Source of the DNA: Spirochaetota bacterium
GTDB taxonomy: Bacteria; Spirochaetota; UBA4802; UBA5550
Assembly (NCBI GenBank): GCA_963664815.2
Contig: CAXXHB010000003.1
Coordinates: 2,912,001-2,976,000 of the forward strand
Direction of reading: 5' to 3'
DNA length: 64,000 bases
Shown: piece by piece, positions 59,087 through 64,000 of the stretch
Layout of the letters: each line of letters begins with the position of its first letter
How positions within the stretch are numbered: position 1 is the stretch's first letter
Program-made: the position numbers and the translations under genes
The notes under the pieces: model-generated
Databases searched by the model: none
The model's input: only the letters and a program-made list of their open reading frames with translations
Told to the model about the DNA's origin: nothing

Positions 59087-59674
59087 ATGAAAAAACTTGT
59101 CACACTATTAGCAGCTACAGTCACAACTTTCGGACTGACATCATGCGGGTACAACACAATGCAGGCAAACGAGGAGGAGGTTTTTAAAGCATGGGGAGAT
59201 GTCGAGGCAGCATACCAGAGACGGATGGACTTAATACCAAATCTTGTTGAAGTGGTAAAAGGTTACGCAACGCATGAAAAAGAGACCTTGACAGCGGTAA
59301 TCGAAGCGCGTTCCAAAGTTGGTTCGTTCCAGATAACGAAGGATGTTCTTAACGATCCGGCTGCATTCCAGAAATTCCAGAGCGTTCAGGGAAACCTTTC
59401 TTCAGCCCTGTCAAAACTCATGGTAGTGGTTGAAAAATATCCGGATCTTAAGGCAAATCAGAATTTCACCGACCTGCAGCATCAGCTTGAGGGTACAGAG
59501 AACAGGATTAACGTGGCACGCGTGAGATATAACGAGGTTGTGCAGAAATTCAACACATCTATAAGGATATTTCCCAACAGCCTTACAAACAGTATACTTC
59601 TTCACCTTGACAGAAAAGAGCCCTTTAAATCGCAGGAAGGAGCTTCTACAGCCCCGAAGGTAAACTTCAAGTGA
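59087..59674 (+). CDS. lemA: LemA family protein (lipoprotein)
   Basis: LTSCGYN, YQRRMDLIPNLV, EKYPDLKANQNF and EGTENRI. Confidence 0.95.
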   Translation: MKKLVTLLAATVTTFGLTSCGYNTMQANEEEVFKAWGDVEAAYQRRMDLIPNLVEVVKGYATHEKETLTAVIEARSKVGSFQITKDVLNDPAAFQKFQSVQGNLSSALSKLMVVVEKYPDLKANQNFTDLQHQLEGTENRINVARVRYNEVVQKFNTSIRIFPNSLTNSILLHLDRKEPFKSQEGASTAPKVNFK

Positions 59675-60513
59675 AAAGACTTATACCGTTAGCACTTTCA
59701 CTGGCCATTTTTATCCCGGCATCATTTAGCTTCGCGCTCGATGTCCCGCCATTGAAGGGGCGTGTTAACGATTATGCTGATATGATATCACCTGCAGCTG
59801 AATCTATGCTTGAGATGAAACTTAAATCCTTCGAAGAGTCAGACTCCACACAGGTAGTGATACTCACGGTCAACTCTCTGGATGGTGATTCACTGGAGGA
59901 TTTCACAATCCGCGTTGCCGAAAACTGGAAAATCGGCCAGACAAAAAAGGATAACGGAGTAATACTCTTTGCTTCAAAAAATGACAGAGCCATGAGAATA
60001 GAGGTGGGGCGCGGGCTGGAGGGTGTCCTGACAGACCTTCTTTCTGGGCGCATTCTCGATAATGTCATAAGACCAAAATTCAAAGCAGGGGATTTTGACG
60101 GGGGATTCGCTGAAGGAACAGATTCAATTATCAAAGCATGCAGAGGTGAATTCAAAAATGATTCCCCTGTCGTTACTTCACAGCCTGAAGGGCCGAGAAA
60201 CAATCTCGTGATATTCTTTTTTGTGATCTTCTATTTTGCCGCAGTAATAGCATCACGATTTTCAAAAATATTGAGCGGCACAATCGGAGCAGCAGCTATG
60301 CCTGCAATTATCAATTTCGGATTATTCCCGATAGGGCTGACAGGAATTCTTATTTCGGCAGTCGCAGGATTTATTTTAGCGCTCATATCTCCATATTTAC
60401 CGATTGGCGGAGGATCTTCCGGCGGTTCCGGCAGTGGATCGAGTTTCGGCGGAGGCGGTTTCTCCGGCGGCGGTGGAAGTTTTGGCGGAGGGGGAGCATC
60501 AGGAGGATGGTAA
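59671..60513 (+). CDS. TPM-domain protein (YgcG-like) with Gly-rich tail
   Basis: GRVNDYA, WKIG..KKDNGV, RIEVGRGLEG.LTD and GGGGSFGGGGASGGW. Confidence 0.93.
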   Translation: MKRLIPLALSLAIFIPASFSFALDVPPLKGRVNDYADMISPAAESMLEMKLKSFEESDSTQVVILTVNSLDGDSLEDFTIRVAENWKIGQTKKDNGVILFASKNDRAMRIEVGRGLEGVLTDLLSGRILDNVIRPKFKAGDFDGGFAEGTDSIIKACRGEFKNDSPVVTSQPEGPRNNLVIFFFVIFYFAAVIASRFSKILSGTIGAAAMPAIINFGLFPIGLTGILISAVAGFILALISPYLPIGGGSSGGSGSGSSFGGGGFSGGGGSFGGGGASGGW

Positions 60514-61229
60514 TGAAAAAAAATTCAGAAACTTTTTTTACAGAAAACGAAAAAAACGCTGTTGAATCCGCCATTAAAGAGGCGGAATCAAACACATCTG
60601 GCGAAATAGTTGCAATTGTTGTTGCAAAAAGCGACTTGTACAGAGACATAGATGTAATTGCAGGAGTAATTTTCTCCGCAATGATTTCGGTTTTACCTGC
60701 TGAAATATTCCATGCACATTCAGAATCCATATTAAAAAAACTAATCCCCTCGATGAACTGGCTGACACAGGTACCTGACGGGATGCGTTTCATGTCGGGT
60801 CTTACAGTATTTATTGCACTGACAGTAATTATTTATTTCCCGGCTAAATTTTTATTTAAAAAGGCTCCATCTCTTAAAAGAATTCTTCTGTCCATTAAAA
60901 GAATGGATGAGGAAGTGAGGGAAAGGGCACTACGTGCTTTTCACGAACATGGACTTACAGATACAAAAGATGCTACAGGTGTTCTGTTCCTTATATCAAT
61001 ATTTGAAAAGCGGGTACACATACTGGCAGATCATGGAATATACTCAAAGGTAAGGCAGGAAACTCTTGATAAATACGCAGTTTCAATAGGTGAAGGTATC
61101 GCATCCGGTAAGGGTTGTGAAGCCCTGTGCTGCGCAATTAAAGATGTGGGGGATGAACTTGCAAGATATTTCCCGCACAGTGCCGATGACAGAAATGAGC
61201 TCCCTGACCGGATAGTAACGGAAAAATAA
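60513..61229 (+). CDS. TPM-domain membrane protein
   Basis: AIKEAESNTSGEIV, TKDATGVLFLIS, ILADHGI and DRNELPD; TAATG coupling with the upstream gene. Confidence 0.9.
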   Translation: MKKNSETFFTENEKNAVESAIKEAESNTSGEIVAIVVAKSDLYRDIDVIAGVIFSAMISVLPAEIFHAHSESILKKLIPSMNWLTQVPDGMRFMSGLTVFIALTVIIYFPAKFLFKKAPSLKRILLSIKRMDEEVRERALRAFHEHGLTDTKDATGVLFLISIFEKRVHILADHGIYSKVRQETLDKYAVSIGEGIASGKGCEALCCAIKDVGDELARYFPHSADDRNELPDRIVTEK

Positions 61230-61246
61230 CCAGGAGAAGAAAAACC

Positions 61247-62143
61247 ATGAAAAAGATAATACTTGTTCTCGCAATTCTTCTTTCAGGAGTCATTCTCTAT
61301 GCAGATGAGCCGGTATTCCCCGCTCTTACAGGCCCGGTTGTTGACACTGCCAGCCTTCTCTCCACGGAGCAGGTCAAGCTGCTTTCTGAAAAATCATTAA
61401 GCTTCCAGAATAGTAAAGGAAGCCAGATTGCTGTTTGTATTGTGCCTACCACGTCCCCTCTGACGATTGAGGATTACGGTATCCAGCTTTCGAAGAGGTG
61501 GAAAATCGGACGATCGAAAATTGATGACGGTATTATAATCATTGTCGCAAAAAATGACAGGAAGATGCGTATTGAGGTCGGTTACGGTCTTGAACATGCA
61601 GTTACAGATCTTCGCGCCGGAAGAATCGTTGATTACATAATGGCTCCGGAATTCTGCAAAGGTGATTTCTACAAGGGAATTGATGCATCAATAGATTCAT
61701 TAATTACATTTATCAATGGCGGTGATATAACTGCACTGTCATCTGAAAAGTCGGAATCTTTAACATCTTCATCAGCAGGCAGCAACCCGGGATTTAGTTT
61801 TGGGGTTGCATTGATTGTCGCCAGTGTTATATTGTTTATAGTATTCATGGCAAAGGGTAAAGCAATTCTTTCCCTTTTCTTAACTTACTTCCCTTTAAGC
61901 AGCGGTCTTTATTTAACAGGTGCAGGGAGTATTTCCGAATCCGCAATAATCGGAGTTGTTTTGATGGTACTTTTTGAATTAATAGCAATAATGATAAAAA
62001 AATCTCCCTCAGGAGGCAGCTCAGGATCATCAGGTTATTCATCCTATTCATCATCGTCGGACTACAGCAGTTCGTCAGGCAGCGATTCATACAGCGGCGG
62101 CGGGGGAGATTACGGAGGAGGTGGAGCTTCCGGAAGCTGGTGA
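61247..62143 (+). CDS. second YgcG-like TPM-domain protein
   Basis: GPVVDTA, WKIGRSKIDDG, RIEVGYGLE and GGGGDYGGGGASGSW. Confidence 0.93.
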   Translation: MKKIILVLAILLSGVILYADEPVFPALTGPVVDTASLLSTEQVKLLSEKSLSFQNSKGSQIAVCIVPTTSPLTIEDYGIQLSKRWKIGRSKIDDGIIIIVAKNDRKMRIEVGYGLEHAVTDLRAGRIVDYIMAPEFCKGDFYKGIDASIDSLITFINGGDITALSSEKSESLTSSSAGSNPGFSFGVALIVASVILFIVFMAKGKAILSLFLTYFPLSSGLYLTGAGSISESAIIGVVLMVLFELIAIMIKKSPSGGSSGSSGYSSYSSSSDYSSSSGSDSYSGGGGDYGGGGASGSW

Positions 62144-62157
62144 CAGGACAACAGTGC

Positions 62158-62296
62158 CCCCCTCTGTCACTCCCCCTCTGTCACTACGTGACATCTCCCC
62201 CGTAAACGGGAGGAGAGATTATAATAGATATTATCTGTTTATTGTTTATCCTTTTTCCCATTCATGGGAAAAGGTGCCCGGCAGGCGAATAGGGGC
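62158..62296. repeat. inverted pair of REP-like elements with a 14-bp tandem duplication
   Basis: (CCCCCTCTGTCACT)x2 ACGTGACATCTCCCCCGTAAACGGGAGGAGAG, then CCTTTTTCCCATTCATGGGAAAAGGTGCCCGGCAGGCGAATAGGGGC. Confidence 0.65.
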
Positions 62297-62352
62297 GGAC
62301 TATTATCGGTTGTTATTCATTTTATACTTCAATTGATATTCGGAATATAAAT

Positions 62353-63798
62353 TTAAACAATATAATTATATTCCGGCACAAATCTTTTTATAAAAGTCCT
62401 GATATCTTCACTCTCCATGTACGGAACTCTATCCTTTACTGACTCAATCAGTATATTGAATTCTGTTTCAGTCAAAACAGGACTATCGTTCTTCAACAGG
62501 AGTATTTTATTGTTCCCGGTTCTTATCATCTCCTCTTTATTGTAAAAAAGTTCCTCGTAAAGTTTCTCTCCTGGACGAAGGCCGGTGTACTCTATCTTTA
62601 TATCACGACCCGGGGTGTATCCGTAGATCTCAATCATCTTTTCGGCAATATCCGAAATCCTGAACTGCTCACCCATATCAAGTACAAATATCTCACCACC
62701 TTTTGATATAGCTGCTGAGTTAATTACAAGGAGTGACGCTTCAGGAATGCTCATGAAATATCTTTTAATATCGGGATGTGTAACCGTGACAGGCCCCCCC
62801 CTCTCAATCTGGTCCCTGAACAGTGGTATAACACTCCCCCTGCTGCCGAGAACATTTCCGAATCTTACTGCAGTAGTGTTTAGACCGCGATATTGCATGT
62901 AATATAATGAAAGTATCTCTGCAATACGTTTGGTTGCACCCATAACATTAGTCGGTCTCACTGCTTTATCCGTTGAGATCAGAACAAATTTCTGTACATG
63001 GTTTTTCGATGAAAGTTCCAGAACATTATTTGTTCCAAGTACATTATTCTGCAGCGCCTCAGCCTCATTGAATTCCATAAGGGGCACATGCTTATGCGCT
63101 GCCGCATGAAACACTATATCCGGCTTATCCGTTTCAAATACACGGCCAAGCAGCCTGTAATCCTTAATATCGATTATACGGTAAACAACATTCGGTACAG
63201 GAATCTTCATCATACGGATAAAATCATCCATATCCCTTTTAAGATTATATATAGAGTTTTCGCCTCTCCCTGTTGCAATAATCTTTCCGACACCGAATTT
63301 CAGCAGCTGTCTGCATATCTCCGAACCGATACTCCCCCCTGCCCCGGTTATCAGGACGGTCTTCCCTGAAAAATACTTTTCCATAAGATGGAGATCGATG
63401 GAGAACTCATCGCGGTCCAGAAGTTCGGAGTAGGAGAACTCTCTTAATGAAGGGAATATTGGAACAGAATCAAAAAACTTTTCAGCTGAAGGTACAAAAT
63501 AGAGATTAATATTGCTGTTAAAGGCAAGAACACCTGTCACTATCCTGTTTATAAAAGAAGATGATGCCGAAGGGATTGCAATCATAACTTCCGAGATTTC
63601 AAGTTCAGCGCATACGTCACCTATGGAATCAGCAGGCCCGTAAACTATAATATCTGAAACGATACCCCCAATCTTGGAGCTGTCATCATCGATAAAACCT
63701 TTTATTGCATTTCCCAGACCTCGTTGTCTGAGATCGCCGGCAAGAGCAACACCAGCTTCCCCTGCACCGACTATAAGTATTCTGTTAAGCTTTTTCAT
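62353..63798 (-). CDS. nucleotide-sugar 4,6-dehydratase (CapD/PglF-like) lacking the N-terminal TM domain
   Basis: IVGAGEAG, TGAGGSIGSE, HAAAHKHVP, STDKAVRPTNVMGATK, RFGNVLGSRGSV and GLRPGEKLYEEL. Confidence 0.93.
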   Translation of the reverse strand: MKKLNRILIVGAGEAGVALAGDLRQRGLGNAIKGFIDDDSSKIGGIVSDIIVYGPADSIGDVCAELEISEVMIAIPSASSSFINRIVTGVLAFNSNINLYFVPSAEKFFDSVPIFPSLREFSYSELLDRDEFSIDLHLMEKYFSGKTVLITGAGGSIGSEICRQLLKFGVGKIIATGRGENSIYNLKRDMDDFIRMMKIPVPNVVYRIIDIKDYRLLGRVFETDKPDIVFHAAAHKHVPLMEFNEAEALQNNVLGTNNVLELSSKNHVQKFVLISTDKAVRPTNVMGATKRIAEILSLYYMQYRGLNTTAVRFGNVLGSRGSVIPLFRDQIERGGPVTVTHPDIKRYFMSIPEASLLVINSAAISKGGEIFVLDMGEQFRISDIAEKMIEIYGYTPGRDIKIEYTGLRPGEKLYEELFYNKEEMIRTGNNKILLLKNDSPVLTETEFNILIESVKDRVPYMESEDIRTFIKRFVPEYNYIV

Positions 63799-63853
63799 CG
63801 GTATATTATTCCACTTTATTTTCTGTCTGGTATACTATTTCCCACGGTTACAC

Positions 63854-63957
63854 CCGGTACCTATCCTCCCGCGCAGCCCCCGCACCCCCGGAGTGGGCAA
63901 GACAGCTAGATCTTCCGGGGGTGCGGGGGCTGTCGAAGCAGGTGCAGAGGATACCGG
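63854..63957 (+). ncRNA. GC-rich rod-like hairpin, copy 2 of the repeated structured element
   Basis: perfect 19-bp stem 63874-63892/63914-63932, 21-nt loop and an outer stem; TGgTATACT upstream at 63828-63836. Confidence 0.45.
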
Positions 63958-63977
63958 AGGCGTCTGGTACCTATCTT

Positions 63978-64000
63978 TTATTCCTCTTCAGTATATCCAG
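63978..64000 (-). CDS. possible 3' end of an upstream gene (...GYTEEE*)
   Basis: only a short frame ending in TAA is visible. Confidence 0.3.

Noticed and set aside
60400-60513. GGC/GGA-rich repeats here and at 62010-62143
   Set aside because: They encode the normal Gly/Ser-rich tails of YgcG-like proteins.
63854-63957. SRP, 6S or c-di-GMP riboswitch identity for the hairpin
   Set aside because: It lacks the SRP domain IV motif, is too short for 6S, and does not have the two-hairpin c-di-GMP-I architecture.
1-64000. CRISPR array, IS element or prophage
   Set aside because: No regularly spaced repeats and no transposase, integrase or phage genes were seen.

Overview
AT-rich bacterial chromosome segment, most likely from an anaerobic Spirochaetota member related to the Leptospirae (inferred from TPR-rich proteins, a 7TM-DISM kinase, lipoproteins and the dapA-dapB-CBS/HTH-rho-rpmE order). 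Housekeeping genes: pheST, ilvD, greA, lgt, rpmE, rho, dapAB, malQ, an S1-domain protein and three tRNAs (Ala-GGC, Lys-CTT, Gln-CTG). Accessory genes: a TetR-controlled two-subunit CoA-transferase, crcB/DUF190, an OFA transporter, a GpgS-like glycosyltransferase, TerC, an aldehyde dehydrogenase, LemA plus three TPM proteins, and a [NiFe]-hydrogenase operon with a lipoprotein tetraheme cytochrome c3. I saw no CRISPR array, transposase or integrase. The three strongest leads are: (1) a roughly 9 kb co-directional cluster (21859-30753) of apparent pseudo-enzymes, including two membrane-anchored TPR + degenerate Mrr-nuclease proteins, a cNMP/ParA-like/dead-patatin fusion, a ParB-like protein, a STAS protein and a glycosidase-like protein; (2) two dispersed copies of a GC-rich 19-bp hairpin with covariation and a conserved loop (30842-30896, 63874-63932), a candidate multicopy sRNA; (3) a Desulfovibrio-style hydrogenase/cytochrome c3 module that seems lipid-anchored. 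All calls come from motif reading by eye; no database searches were run.
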